Of a DNA stretch of 64,000 nt, positions 50,112-61,708 are shown one piece after another; position 1 is the stretch's first letter, and each line of letters begins with the position of its first letter. The notes under the pieces were generated by a model that saw only the letters and a list, made by a program, of their open reading frames with translations, had not been told where the DNA came from and did no database searches. The stretch comes from an uncultured Oscillospiraceae bacterium. GTDB taxonomy: Bacteria; Bacillota; Clostridia; Oscillospirales; Ruminococcaceae. Both the position numbers and the translations under genes were made by a program. The DNA lies in contig CAJTVI010000001.1 of assembly GCA_910579545.1 (NCBI GenBank), positions 106,360 to 170,359 of the forward strand, given 5' to 3'.

Positions 50112-51716
50112 TCAGATCTGGGGGCCGGCGGCAACGAGGGCCTTGCCGGCTTCGTTGCTCTCGTACTTGGCAAAGTTCTTGATAAAGCGGCCGGCCAGGT
50201 CCTTGGCCTTGGTCTCCCACTCGGCGGCATCCGCATAGGTGTCGCGCGGGTCGAGGATCTTGGGGTCAACGCCGGGCAGTTCGGTGGGGACCTCCACATT
50301 GAAGTACGGGATCTTCTTGGTGGGGGCGGTGAGGATGGCGCCGCTCAGGATGGCGTCGATGATGCCGCGGGTGTCCTTGATCGAGATGCGCTTGCCGGTG
50401 CCGTTCCAGCCGGTGTTGACCAGGTACGCCTTGGCGCCGCTGGCCTTCATCCGCTTCACCAGCTCCTGAGCATACTTGGTGGGATGCAGCTCCAGGAAGG
50501 CCTGGCCAAAGCAGGCCGAGAAGGTGGGGGTGGGCTCGGTGATGCCGCGCTCGGTACCGGCCAGCTTGGCGGTAAAGCCGGAGAGGAAGTAGTACTCGGT
50601 CTGCTCCGGGGTGAGGATCGAGACCGGGGGCAGCACGCCAAAGGCGTCGGCCGACAGGAAGATCACGTCCTTGGCCGCGGGCGCGGAGGACACCGGGCGC
50701 ACAATCTTTTCGATGTGGTGGATCGGGTAGGAAACGCGGGTGTTCTCGGTGACGCTCTTGTCGGCAAAGTCGATCTTGCCCTCGGCGTCCAGGGTCACGT
50801 TCTCAAGCAGGGCGTCCCGCTTGATGGCGTTGTAGATGTCCGGCTCGGACTCCTTATCCAGGTTGATGACCTTGGCGTAGCAGCCGCCCTCAAAGTTAAA
50901 GATGCCCTTGTCGTCCCAGCCGTGCTCGTCGTCGCCGATCAAGAGGCGCTTGGGATCGGTGGAAAGGGTGGTCTTGCCGGTGCCGGACAGGCCAAAGAAG
51001 ATGGCGGTGTTCTGGCCGTTCATGTCGGTATTGGCCGAGCAGTGCATCGAGGCGATGCCCTTGAGAGGCAGGTAGTAGTTCATCATCGAGAACATGCCCT
51101 TTTTCATCTCGCCGCCGTACCAGGTGTTCAGGATGACCTGCTCACGGCTGGAGATGTTGAAGGCCACGACCGTTTCGCTGTTGAGGCCCAGCTCCTTATA
51201 GTTCTCCACCTTGGCCTTGGAGGCGGTGTACACCACAAAGTCCGGCTCAAAGGTTTCCAGTTCCTCGGCGGTGGGCTTGATGAACATGTTGGCCACAAAA
51301 TGGGCCTGCCACGCCACCTCCATGATAAACCGGATGGCCATGCGGGTATCCTTGTTGGCGCCGCAGAAGGCGTCCATCACAAACAGCCGCTTGCCGGACA
51401 GCTGGTTCTGGGCGATCTTTTTCATCTTGGCCCAGACCTCTTCGCTCATGGGGTGGTTGTCGTTTTTGTATTCGTCGGTGGTCCACCACACGGTGTCCTT
51501 GGAGTTCTCGTCCATGACGATGTATTTGTCCTTGGGGGAACGGCCCGTGTAGATGCCGGTCATCACGTTGACGGCGCCCAGTTCGCTCACCTGGCCCTTG
51601 TCGAAGCCCTCCAGGTCGGCCCGGGTCTCCTCCTTAAACAAAAAGTCATACGAAGGGTTGTGGACGATCTCGGCCACGTCCGTGATCCCATAGCGGCTCA
51701 AATCAATGCTTTTCAT
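50112..51716 (-). CDS. pckA: Phosphoenolpyruvate carboxykinase (ATP)
   Basis: 534-aa ORF with 'TGRSPKDK' and the kinase-1a motif '[13 protein letters not shown]', plus 'GDDEHGW'. Confidence 0.97.
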   Translation of the reverse strand: MKSIDLSRYGITDVAEIVHNPSYDFLFKEETRADLEGFDKGQVSELGAVNVMTGIYTGRSPKDKYIVMDENSKDTVWWTTDEYKNDNHPMSEEVWAKMKKIAQNQLSGKRLFVMDAFCGANKDTRMAIRFIMEVAWQAHFVANMFIKPTAEELETFEPDFVVYTASKAKVENYKELGLNSETVVAFNISSREQVILNTWYGGEMKKGMFSMMNYYLPLKGIASMHCSANTDMNGQNTAIFFGLSGTGKTTLSTDPKRLLIGDDEHGWDDKGIFNFEGGCYAKVINLDKESEPDIYNAIKRDALLENVTLDAEGKIDFADKSVTENTRVSYPIHHIEKIVRPVSSAPAAKDVIFLSADAFGVLPPVSILTPEQTEYYFLSGFTAKLAGTERGITEPTPTFSACFGQAFLELHPTKYAQELVKRMKASGAKAYLVNTGWNGTGKRISIKDTRGIIDAILSGAILTAPTKKIPYFNVEVPTELPGVDPKILDPRDTYADAAEWETKAKDLAGRFIKNFAKYESNEAGKALVAAGPQI

Positions 51717-51879
51717 GTTGGATGACCTCTTTCCTTTATAGAATTGGGGCGTGTGGTTTATTGGGACGTCCCCTTTTTGGCGGCAGGGCCAAAGCCGGCG
51801 GGCTTATACCCTTATCCTGCCCATTTTTGCCGGCCTTCGCCCATCTTCGTTAAAAAGGAAACATTCCCCTTTTTATGAT

Positions 51880-51908
51880 ATTATATAGGGTAAAACTGGT
51901 AAAGTCAA
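51880..51908 (-). promoter_or_regulatory. Sigma-A-type promoter of pckA
   Basis: On the minus strand: TTGACT, 17-nt spacer, TATAAT. The leader is about 155 nt. Confidence 0.7.
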
Positions 51909-51971
51909 GCGCGGCGGGCGGGTTTTGCGCCGGGTTTTGGAATGCCAAAAACCCGATCCCTGTCAAAAGCT

Positions 51972-52778
51972 TTACAGCAGCCAGGCAGGGTCAAGGTCTG
52001 CCGGTTTCAGCAAAACGTCCGGCTTTATCCTCTCCCCATGGAAATCGCTCCCTGCCGTAACATGGAGCCCATATTTTTCCGCCAAATACAGGTAAAACGC
52101 AGCCTGTTCCGCTGTGTGTCTGGGGTAATAGCATTCCAGGCCCTCCAGACCCTGGCGCTTCAGGCTGCAGACCAAAGCCTCCAGCTGCTCGTTGGAAAGC
52201 CTCACCTGATAAGGGTGGGCCATTACGGCCTTGCCCCCGGCCTGGCGGATCGCGGCGATGCAGGCTGCCGCATCGACCTTGAAGCGTTTGATGCGCTGAT
52301 ATTCATCCGTATCCAGATACCGGTCAAAGGCCTCCTGTGCGGACCGGACATAGCCCCGCTTTACCAGGGCCTGGGCAAAGTGGGGACGGGCGATGATATC
52401 CCCGCCCGCGATCTCCTCCACCTCCTTTAGCGAAATATGTACGCCCTTTTCCGCCAAAAAGCGGATCAGGCGGTGCTTTCGCTCGTCCCGGCCTTCCTTC
52501 ATCTTTTGGCACAACTCCCGAAGGCCGGGGGCGTCAGGTGAATATCCATAGCCTAAAATATGAAGGCTCTTGTATTCCCTGGCCCCCAACTCCACCCCCC
52601 GGATGACCCGGAGCCCGGCCTTTTTCCCTGCCGCTATCGCCTCCTCCACCCCATCGATCGTGTCGTGGTCGGTGATGGCGATGCATTCCAAACCGGCCTT
52701 TTGCGCCAGTTCCACCACCTGGGACGGCGTATACTGCCCATCTGAAGCGGTCGTATGGATGTGCAGGTCCACCTTCAT
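51972..52778 (-). CDS. PHP-domain metal-dependent phosphoesterase
   Basis: 268-aa ORF with 'MKVDLHIHTTASDG', 'AITDHD' and 'AHP' motifs. Confidence 0.82.
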   Translation of the reverse strand: MKVDLHIHTTASDGQYTPSQVVELAQKAGLECIAITDHDTIDGVEEAIAAGKKAGLRVIRGVELGAREYKSLHILGYGYSPDAPGLRELCQKMKEGRDERKHRLIRFLAEKGVHISLKEVEEIAGGDIIARPHFAQALVKRGYVRSAQEAFDRYLDTDEYQRIKRFKVDAAACIAAIRQAGGKAVMAHPYQVRLSNEQLEALVCSLKRQGLEGLECYYPRHTAEQAAFYLYLAEKYGLHVTAGSDFHGERIKPDVLLKPADLDPAWLL

Positions 52779-52841
52779 GGCTTCACCCCCTGTTCCTACA
52801 GCTTATCACAGCGGCATGATTTTGTACAAGGGCCAAGGTGC

Positions 52842-52899
52842 AAAAAAGCAAAAATCAGCCAGCCATGATGCGAACCATTTTCCGCACCACGACTGGCTG
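52842..52899 (-). terminator. Intrinsic terminator of groESL
   Basis: On the minus strand: CAGCCAG...CTGGCTG stem followed by ATTTTTGCTTTTTTG. Confidence 0.6.
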
Positions 52900-52942
52900 G
52901 TTTACAATGCTGCATTACCCGGGTCGGTTTACCCTGTCCGGC

Positions 52943-54640
<1,698 letters not shown>

Positions 54641-54650
54641 TCAGCAAAAA

Positions 54651-55011
<361 letters not shown>

Positions 55012-55016
55012 TGTAT

Positions 55017-55045
55017 ATTCTAATCACTTTCGCCCAAAAAATCAA
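55017..55045 (-). promoter_or_regulatory. Sigma-A-type promoter of groESL
   Basis: On the minus strand: TTGATT, 17-nt spacer, TAGAAT. Confidence 0.7.
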
Positions 55046-55118
55046 GAGGGAAAAAGATAAATTTTTTGTGAACATCTCTTCCCCGTCCATTTTGGGCAAA
55101 AAATCGCCTTAAATCGGC

Positions 55119-55147
55119 AAAAGCCCCGGCATCCCGCCGGGGCTTTT
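55119..55147. terminator. Hairpin terminator downstream of the lipid kinase gene
   Basis: GCCCCGGC-ATCCC-GCCGGGGC stem flanked by AAAA and TTTT. Confidence 0.6.
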
Positions 55148-55235
55148 GTGCTGGAAGGGGCCGCGCAAAGCCCCCTGCCCGCCTTTTGGGCGTGCTTTGG
55201 CGGGGCAGCTTTTAGCAAACCCACCCCCGTACCCT

Positions 55236-56213
55236 TCAGCCCTGGCAGCCGGCGGCCGCGGCCCCCTTTTGCGCCAAAGCCTTTTGGGCAAGCGGCCTTG
55301 GCAGCACGATGCGGCCGGCCAGCGGCATCACATGGGCCTCCAGCCCGGCCTGCGGGGCGCACTCGCCGTCCAGGTTTACCACCAGCGGCCGGCCGTCCAG
55401 CGGGGTGATCCGCACGCTGCGGGCGCGGCAGTACAAAATGATCCCCTCCAGGCCGGGAACCACCCGCCCGTCCTGGATGTGCCGGCCCTTTTGGTAGATG
55501 CCCAGCACCCGGGCGATCTTGAGCCGGCTGATCCGGCGCACCACCAAAATATCCAAAAGGCCGTCGTCCAAAACCGCTTCGGGCGCGGCGCAGTAGCCCC
55601 CGCCGTAGGTGCTGCCGTTGCAGATGGCCGCCAGCAGGCAGTGCTCCTCCCACACCCTGCCGTCGATCTCGATGCGCAGGTGGTGGCTTAAATGCCCGCA
55701 CAGGCACTCCAGGATCGAGAGATTGTAGGCCATTGAGCCGCCGCAGAGGGGCACCCGCCGGAATTTGGGGATGCCGTAGGCCACCTGCGCGTCCAGCCCG
55801 GCCGAGCAGATGGCGGCCGAGACCCCAAAGGGGGTCTGGATGAGGTCGATGGGCACGGCGCTGCCGCTGATGAGGGCGGGCAGGTCGAGAAAATCCTGCC
55901 GGGTACCGTAGTTGCGGATAAAATCGTTGCCGCTGCCGCAGGGCACGCAGGCCAACTCGGCCCCCGGGACCTGCCAGGCGCCCTGCAGCACCTGGCCAAA
56001 GGTGCCGTCCCCCCCGCAGGCGTACAGCCGCACCGGGCCGCCGGCTGTTTCGGCGGCTTTGCGGGCCAGCTCCACCGCGTGGCGGTGGTACTGGGTAAGT
56101 TCGATGGAGTACTCGACGCCAAGCCCTGCCGCCGCCGCAATGATCCGGGGCACCAGGGTGCCGGAGGCGTCCGCCTGGCCGGACACCGGGTTTACAATAA
56201 AAACGTGTTTCAT
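55236..56213 (-). CDS. Diacylglycerol/lipid kinase family protein (DagK/YegS-like)
   Basis: 325 aa from the ATG at 56213 with 'MKHVFIVNPVSG', 'ACGGDGT' and 'PCGSGNDF' motifs. Confidence 0.85.
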   Translation of the reverse strand: MKHVFIVNPVSGQADASGTLVPRIIAAAAGLGVEYSIELTQYHRHAVELARKAAETAGGPVRLYACGGDGTFGQVLQGAWQVPGAELACVPCGSGNDFIRNYGTRQDFLDLPALISGSAVPIDLIQTPFGVSAAICSAGLDAQVAYGIPKFRRVPLCGGSMAYNLSILECLCGHLSHHLRIEIDGRVWEEHCLLAAICNGSTYGGGYCAAPEAVLDDGLLDILVVRRISRLKIARVLGIYQKGRHIQDGRVVPGLEGIILYCRARSVRITPLDGRPLVVNLDGECAPQAGLEAHVMPLAGRIVLPRPLAQKALAQKGAAAAGCQG

Positions 56214-56301
56214 CTTGCCTTCGCAGCCCTTCGCGCAAATTTTGCCGATACATCCTTTTTTACCATTGTACGACATTTCCCCTGCCGCTGGCAAGCAAAA
56301 A

Positions 56302-56330
56302 GCATATTTTCCCCCACAGTGCGCATTCTA
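56302..56330 (+). promoter_or_regulatory. Forespore (sigma-G/F-type) promoter of the second DUF421 gene
   Basis: GCATA, 17-nt spacer, CATTCTA. The -10 element ends 34 nt upstream of the ATG at 56365. Confidence 0.55.
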
Positions 56331-56364
56331 AGAAAAAACATCCGCCGCGAAGGGAGGATCCGCC

Positions 56365-57075
56365 ATGCTGCCCGAACTTGCAAAGGTCCTGCTGACAAGC
56401 CTTGTGTCCATCGCCGTTTTATTTTTGCTCTGCAGGCTGATCGGCCAGCGCCAGATCAGCCAGATGAGCCTGTTTGACTATGTAAACGGCATCTGCATCG
56501 GCTCGATCGCGGCCGAGCTGGCCACCGACCTTGAAAACTGGCGCCGCCCGCTGACCGCCATGCTGGTGTACGGGCTTTCGGCCGCCCTGATCAACGCCGC
56601 CACCTGCAAAAGCCTTGGCCTGCGCAAATTTTTTAACGGGCGGCCGCTGGTGCTGTTTGAGGACGGCAAGCTGTACAAGGCAAACCTTTACCGCGCAAAG
56701 CTGGACATCAACGAGTTTTTGACCCAGTGCCGGGTGGCCGGCTACTTTGACCTTGCCCAGCTGAAGGCGGCAGTGCTGGAAACCAACGGCCAGCTGAGCT
56801 TTTTGCCCCTGTCGGCCGAGCGCCCGCTGACCCCGGCGGACATGCAGCTGCACCCGCAGGAGGAGAGTTTGCAGGCCAACCTGATCCTGGACGGCCGGGT
56901 GCTGGCCCAAAACCTTGCAGCCAGCGGCCGCAGCGAGGACTGGCTGCGCCAGCAGCTGCACAGCCAGGGCATCGGCCGGGTGGAGGAGGTTTTTCTTGCC
57001 TGCTGTGACAAGGCCGGAAACTTTACAGCCTACCGCATGCTGGAAGAACCGGTGACCCATGAGATTTTTGAATAG
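56365..57075 (+). CDS. DUF421 (YetF-like) membrane protein, second paralogue
   Basis: 236-aa ORF with 'LCRLIGQRQISQMSLFDYVNGICIGSIAA' and a YetF-like soluble C-domain. GAAGGGAGG ribosome-binding site. TAG stop. Confidence 0.8.
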   Translation: MLPELAKVLLTSLVSIAVLFLLCRLIGQRQISQMSLFDYVNGICIGSIAAELATDLENWRRPLTAMLVYGLSAALINAATCKSLGLRKFFNGRPLVLFEDGKLYKANLYRAKLDINEFLTQCRVAGYFDLAQLKAAVLETNGQLSFLPLSAERPLTPADMQLHPQEESLQANLILDGRVLAQNLAASGRSEDWLRQQLHSQGIGRVEEVFLACCDKAGNFTAYRMLEEPVTHEIFE

Positions 57076-57131
57076 GCAGGCAGGCAAAACACGCAGGACC
57101 AGCGCGCTGGCCCTGCGCAAAATCGGTATGC

Positions 57132-57171
57132 AAAAAACAGGGCGGAGCACTTGGCCCCGCCCTGTTTTTTT
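57132..57171. terminator. Bidirectional terminator between the DUF421 gene and the rubredoxin gene
   Basis: AAAAAA-CAGGGCGG...CCGCCCTG-TTTTTTT. Confidence 0.8.
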
Positions 57172-57176
57172 ACAGC

Positions 57177-57332
57177 TTATTCCTTTGTAAAGGCGTCCTT
57201 GCCCAAAGAGCACACCGGGCAGACCCAGCTTTCGGGAACCTGCTCCCAGGGGGTGCCGGGGGCTACGCCATTGTCCGGGTCGCCGGCGGCGGGGTCATAC
57301 ACATAGCCGCAGGGGCAAATATACTTGTCCAT
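57177..57332 (-). CDS. Rubredoxin
   Basis: 51-aa ORF not present in the supplied track: [51 protein letters not shown]. It carries the CxxCG and CPxCG iron-binding knuckles and 'GT.WE..P..W'. AAGGAG ribosome-binding site 10 nt upstream. Confidence 0.88.
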   Translation of the reverse strand: MDKYICPCGYVYDPAAGDPDNGVAPGTPWEQVPESWVCPVCSLGKDAFTKE

Positions 57333-57356
57333 CCGTAAAAAGCTCCTTATCGGGAA

Positions 57357-57896
57357 TTATTTGAAGTAGCGGGCCAGCAGGCCGGCCATGCCGCGGCCAT
57401 GACGGGCCTCGTCCTTGGCCATCTCGTGCACGGTGTCGTGGATGGCGTCCAGCCCCAGTTCCTTGGCCTTTTTGGCAATGTCCATCTTGCCGGCGCAGGC
57501 GCCGCACTCGGCCTCTACGCGCATCTCAAGGTTTTTCTTGGTGCTGTCGGTCAGCACCTCGCCCAGCAGTTCGGCAAACTTGGCGGCGTGCTCGGCCTCC
57601 TCAAAGGCGTAGCGCTTCCAGGCCTCGGCGATCTCGGGGTAGCCCTCGCGGTCGGCCACGCGGCTCATGGCCAGATACATGCCAACCTCGCTGCACTCGC
57701 CGGTAAAGTTCATGCGCAGCCCCTCAACGATCTCCTCGGGCACGCCCTCCTTGGCGATGCCAACCACATGCTCGGTTACATAGGTGTTCTCTTTCTGCTC
57801 CACAAACTTGCTCTTGGGGGCCTTGCAGACCGGGCAGAAGTCCGGGGCCGCGCCCTCAGCGATATAACCACAAACCGTGCAAACAAACTTAGCCAT
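57357..57896 (-). CDS. Reverse rubrerythrin (N-terminal rubredoxin-like domain followed by a ferritin-like diiron domain)
   Basis: 179 aa from the ATG at 57896 (GGAGGAG ribosome-binding site). The N-terminus is 'FVCTVCGY...CPVCKAP'. The diiron ligand motifs are 'ECSEV', 'EEAEH' and 'DEARH'. Confidence 0.9.
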   Translation of the reverse strand: MAKFVCTVCGYIAEGAAPDFCPVCKAPKSKFVEQKENTYVTEHVVGIAKEGVPEEIVEGLRMNFTGECSEVGMYLAMSRVADREGYPEIAEAWKRYAFEEAEHAAKFAELLGEVLTDSTKKNLEMRVEAECGACAGKMDIAKKAKELGLDAIHDTVHEMAKDEARHGRGMAGLLARYFK

Positions 57897-58068
57897 TCTT
57901 GTTACTCCTCCATTCATAAAATCAGGTTTTGGACTCCCATTTGTTGGTAAATAGGAACCATTCCTTGTTATGGCCCCATTATAGCACACAGGGGCGAAGC
58001 CGTCAACCCGGTTTTTAAACATTTTGGATGTTTTTGGTCTGTTTTATTCCGCCGCCCCAACAAAACGC

Positions 58069-58635
58069 TTACCCGCCGCCCCGCGGCCCCGCCGATTTGC
58101 CGCCGGCCTTTTTTTGGCTTTCGGCCGCAGCCCCGCCGATCCGCCCCAGCGCGGGTGCAACCGCCCGCAGCACCAGCGAGGTCAGCCCGCCCGCAACAAG
58201 GCCGGCCGCCAGCAGCACCGGCGCGTAGCCCAGGGCCATGGCGCTGGAGAGCACCGCCCCCGCCGCCAGCAGCTGGCCCAGGTTGTGGGCGATGGCCCCG
58301 CACACCGAGAGGATAAACCAGGTGGGCCGCCAGGGCCCGCGCAGCAAAGCCAGCATGACCAAAAACGAGAGCCCCCCGCCGCAGAGGGATAAAAGCCCCG
58401 CCACCGCCCCGCGGGTAAGCAGCCCAAAGCCGGCCTTGAGCAGCACCAGGGCCAGCGCCGGGCGGCCGCCCAAAAACAGCAGCGCGTACAGCACCACCAC
58501 GTTGGCAAGGCCCGGTTTCATGCCGGGCGCGAGGCCCAGCAGCGGCGCGGCGGCCGATTCCAAAAACGAGAGGGCCATGGCCAGCGCAAACAGCATGCCG
58601 CCCAGCGCCACACGGCCCGCCTTGCCCTTTTGCAA
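58069..58635 (-). CDS. Gx-transporter family membrane protein (heptaprenyl-diphosphate-synthase-component-I-like)
   Basis: Small membrane protein of about 5 transmembrane segments ('LSFLES...GLKPGLANVVVLYAL...G..FGLL'). The start is probably TTG at 58635, 8 nt after GGGAGG. The ORF track starts at GTG 58644. Confidence 0.65.
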   Translation of the reverse strand: MQKGKAGRVALGGMLFALAMALSFLESAAAPLLGLAPGMKPGLANVVVLYALLFLGGRPALALVLLKAGFGLLTRGAVAGLLSLCGGGLSFLVMLALLRGPWRPTWFILSVCGAIAHNLGQLLAAGAVLSSAMALGYAPVLLAAGLVAGGLTSLVLRAVAPALGRIGGAAAESQKKAGGKSAGPRGGG

Positions 58636-58720
58636 CCGCCGCACCTCCCTGCCCCTTGGTAGTCCCTTTTCATCTTACGGTGCGCGGCGGGCAAAGTCAA
58701 GACGAAACCCAAAATGCGGT

Positions 58721-58749
58721 TTGACCCGCCGCGGCTGCTTTTGTATAAT
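58721..58749 (+). promoter_or_regulatory. Sigma-A-type promoter of the FMN-binding lipoprotein gene
   Basis: TTGACC, 17-nt spacer, TATAAT. Confidence 0.65.
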
Positions 58750-58814
58750 AAGGTAGATGGTTTGTATGCGTCGGGGCAGCTCTGCCCCAGCCTTGAAAGA
58801 AGGGGGCGTCCAGT

Positions 58815-59291
58815 ATGGTACGGCGGGGGGCCTGCGCGCTGCTGGCGGCGGCGGTGCTGCTTGGGCTTTGCGGCTGCGGCCGCTGGCAGGATGGGGAGTA
58901 CCGCGCCGAGTGCGCCGCATTTGACAGCCTTGGCTACCGGGATTATCTGGTGGTAACGGTGGAGGGCGGCGAGATCACCCGGGCCGAATACGACGCGGTA
59001 AGCGAGGACGGCGGGCTGAAAAGCGAGGACGAGGCCTACGCCGGGCAGATGCGGCCGATCTGCGGGACGGATCCGGCCGGGTTTTCGGCCGCGCTGGAGG
59101 CTTCGCTTGTGGGCCGCAGCGCCAAGACCCGGCAGCCGGTGGACGCGGTGGCCGGGGCCAGCTATTCCAGCGGGCGGTGCGCCGCCCTGCTGAGCGCCCT
59201 GGAGCAAAACATGCGCAAGGGCATTTTTGAAACGGTGGCCGTGGAGGGCCTTTTGGAGGCAACGCCCCAGGCATCGCCCCCGGCGCCGTGA
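58815..59291 (+). CDS. FMN-binding-domain lipoprotein
   Basis: 158-aa ORF with a signal peptide and lipobox-like 'LLGLCGC'. 'YLVVTVEGGEITRAEYDAV' and 'VDAVAGASYSS' resemble the FMN_bind fold and its flavinylation loop. Confidence 0.6.
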   Translation: MVRRGACALLAAAVLLGLCGCGRWQDGEYRAECAAFDSLGYRDYLVVTVEGGEITRAEYDAVSEDGGLKSEDEAYAGQMRPICGTDPAGFSAALEASLVGRSAKTRQPVDAVAGASYSSGRCAALLSALEQNMRKGIFETVAVEGLLEATPQASPPAP

Positions 59292-59513
59292 ATATTCTGT
59301 AAAAAATCGGAAACACTGCCCCCAAAAGCCTTGCAATGGTGCGGGTTTTAGTGTACCATATTGCTTAGTGCGCACCCTGCCCCAAAAGGCTTTGTGCGCA
59401 CAAAAGGCCGGCCATGCGCAGCCGCCCATACGGCGCGCCCCCCTGCGGGCTGTGCCGGGCCGGACGCCGGCCGCGCCTGTTATGATCAGATCAACACCAA
59501 AGGAGAACCCTAT

Positions 59514-60077
59514 ATGAAAAAGCTTGTGCTCACCCTTACCGCCGCGCTTTTGGCCGCAGCCCTTTTGGCCGGCTGCGGCGGCGATTCCTCCGCCCCCGCT
59601 TCCTCCAGCCCGGCGGCCTCGGCCCCCGCGGCGTCCGCCCCTGCCGATTCCCAGCCGGCCGCCTCGGCCCCCCAGGCGGAATACAACCTGGCCGACGTGG
59701 TAAGCGCGGTGGAGGCGGTAAACCCGGTGGCAAACCCCCGCGAAATTGACGACTTCTCGCTGGAAAACACCTATATGCTCACGATGGACAATGTGGCCAA
59801 CTTTTGCGGCAAGGTAAGCAACGACGCGGCCAACAGCGCGCTGATCCTGGCGGTGCAGGCGGTGCCGGGCAAGGTGGACGACCTCAAGGCCGAGCTGGAC
59901 GCCTACAAGACCACCCTGGCGGACGGCGGGCTGTACGCCGAGTTTGCCGACAAGGAGGCCCAGGCCAAGGAGGCCCGGCTGGTGGTAAAGGGCGACTGCG
60001 TGGTGCTGGTGATCGCCAACACCGAGGGCGCCCAGTATGCCGACATCGACAAGGCCCTTGACGAGGCGCTGAGCTGA
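59514..60077 (+). CDS. DUF4358-like lipoprotein
   Basis: 187 aa from the ATG at 59514 (AAAGGAGAA ribosome-binding site). It has a lipobox 'LLAGC', an Ala/Ser/Pro-rich linker and a globular domain. The family call is from memory. Confidence 0.5.
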   Translation: MKKLVLTLTAALLAAALLAGCGGDSSAPASSSPAASAPAASAPADSQPAASAPQAEYNLADVVSAVEAVNPVANPREIDDFSLENTYMLTMDNVANFCGKVSNDAANSALILAVQAVPGKVDDLKAELDAYKTTLADGGLYAEFADKEAQAKEARLVVKGDCVVLVIANTEGAQYADIDKALDEALS

Positions 60078-60265
60078 ACAAACTGCGCAGACAGGCCGGT
60101 ACCGCCCCGCAGGCGGCGCCGGCCTTCTGCTTGTACATCGCCCTAAAAAAGCGCGGCCGCCCCGCGGCGGTTTTGCGCCCGGTACTGGTTTTGAGCCTTC
60201 CCCGGCGCTGTCCCGGCGTTCCCCAATGTCCCCCAGATGCAAAAATGTAAGGAGTTGAGCGCAGC

Positions 60266-61693
60266 TTGGTTTTTAGTACCATCCTGTTTTTGTTCCGCTT
60301 TTTGCCCATTACCCTGGCCCTTTATTATCTCGCGCCGCCGCGGTTAAAAAACGCGGTGCTGTTTTTGTGCAGCCTGGTGTTTTACTCCTGGGGCGAGGTC
60401 AAGTTTTTCCCGGTGATGATCCTGCTGATCCTCATCAACTATTTCTCGGGGCTGGGCATGGAGCGCAGCGACAAACGGCCCGGCCTGCGCCGCTTCTTTT
60501 TGATCTTTTCGGTGGTGGGCAGCCTCTCGATGCTGGTGTTTTTTAAATACACCAACTTTATCATCACCAGCCTCAACGCCCTGTTTGGCCTCTCGCTGGG
60601 GCTGATCAGCGGGGTGGAGGTGCTGCCGCTGGGCATCAGCTTTTACACCTTCCAGACCATGAGCTACTCCATCGACGTCTACCGGCGGGACGTGCCCACC
60701 GAACACAATATCATTGATTTTGGCGCCTACGTGGTCATGTTCCCGCAGCTGATCGCGGGGCCGATCGTAAAATATCGGGAGGTTGCCGAGCGGCTGCACG
60801 TTTACAAAAACCGCTGTAACCTTGCCCAGATCGAGGAGGGCGTCTGCCTGTTTACCTTTGGCCTTGCCAAAAAGGTGCTGCTGGCCGACACCATCAGCGC
60901 CCTCTGGCTGGAGATCATTGGGGTATACACGTCCAGCGGTGTGCAGACCAGCGCCGGCATCGGCCTTGCCAACGCCTCCACCCCGCTGGTCTGGCTGGGG
61001 GTCATCGCCTATTCCCTCCAGCTGTATTTCGACTTTTCGGGCTATTCCATGATGGGCATCGGCATGGGCAAGATGCTGGGCTTTGATTTTCCGCAAAACT
61101 TTAATATGCCGTATATCTCCCGCAGCATCACCGAATTTTGGACCCGCTGGCACATGACCCTCTCGGGCTGGTTTAAGGAATACGTGTATATCCCTCTGGG
61201 CGGCAACCGCAGGGGCCGGGGCCGGCAGATCTTTAACCTGTTTGTGGTATGGTGCCTCACCGGCATCTGGCATGGGGCCAACTGGAACTTTATCCTCTGG
61301 GGGCTTTACTACTTTGTGCTGCTGGTGGCCGAAAAGCTCTTTTTGCTGCCGGTGCTCAAAAAAGGACGGGTCTGGCCCCACCTTTACACCATGTTCTTTG
61401 TGGTGGTGGGCTGGGGGCTGTTTGTGGGCAACGAACAGGGCGTGGGCCTGGGCATCCTGCTCAACAAGCTGTTTATCCCCTCGGGCGGGGTAAGCTGTTT
61501 GTACTTTTTGCGCAACTACGCGGTGCTGCTGGCGGTATGCATTGCCTGCTGCACCCCCCTGCCGCTCAAGGTCTGGCAGGCCCTTTGCAAGAGCAGCTGG
61601 ATGAAGACCCTTACGGTCGGCCTTTTGCTGGTGCTGAGCGTTGCGTATATTGTGGGTTCGGGCAACAGCCCCTTCCTCTACTTTAACTTTTAA
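60266..61693 (+). CDS. MBOAT-family membrane-bound O-acyltransferase (AlgI/PatA/DltB-like)
   Basis: 475-aa ORF with a TTG start 12 nt after AAGGAG. It has the 'VFSTILFLFRFLP' N-terminus and conserved 'FW.RWHM(T/S)L..W...YVYIPLGG' containing the catalytic His. Confidence 0.9.
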   Translation: MVFSTILFLFRFLPITLALYYLAPPRLKNAVLFLCSLVFYSWGEVKFFPVMILLILINYFSGLGMERSDKRPGLRRFFLIFSVVGSLSMLVFFKYTNFIITSLNALFGLSLGLISGVEVLPLGISFYTFQTMSYSIDVYRRDVPTEHNIIDFGAYVVMFPQLIAGPIVKYREVAERLHVYKNRCNLAQIEEGVCLFTFGLAKKVLLADTISALWLEIIGVYTSSGVQTSAGIGLANASTPLVWLGVIAYSLQLYFDFSGYSMMGIGMGKMLGFDFPQNFNMPYISRSITEFWTRWHMTLSGWFKEYVYIPLGGNRRGRGRQIFNLFVVWCLTGIWHGANWNFILWGLYYFVLLVAEKLFLLPVLKKGRVWPHLYTMFFVVVGWGLFVGNEQGVGLGILLNKLFIPSGGVSCLYFLRNYAVLLAVCIACCTPLPLKVWQALCKSSWMKTLTVGLLLVLSVAYIVGSGNSPFLYFNF

Positions 61694-61708
61694 AAGGAGG
61701 CGCTTTGG

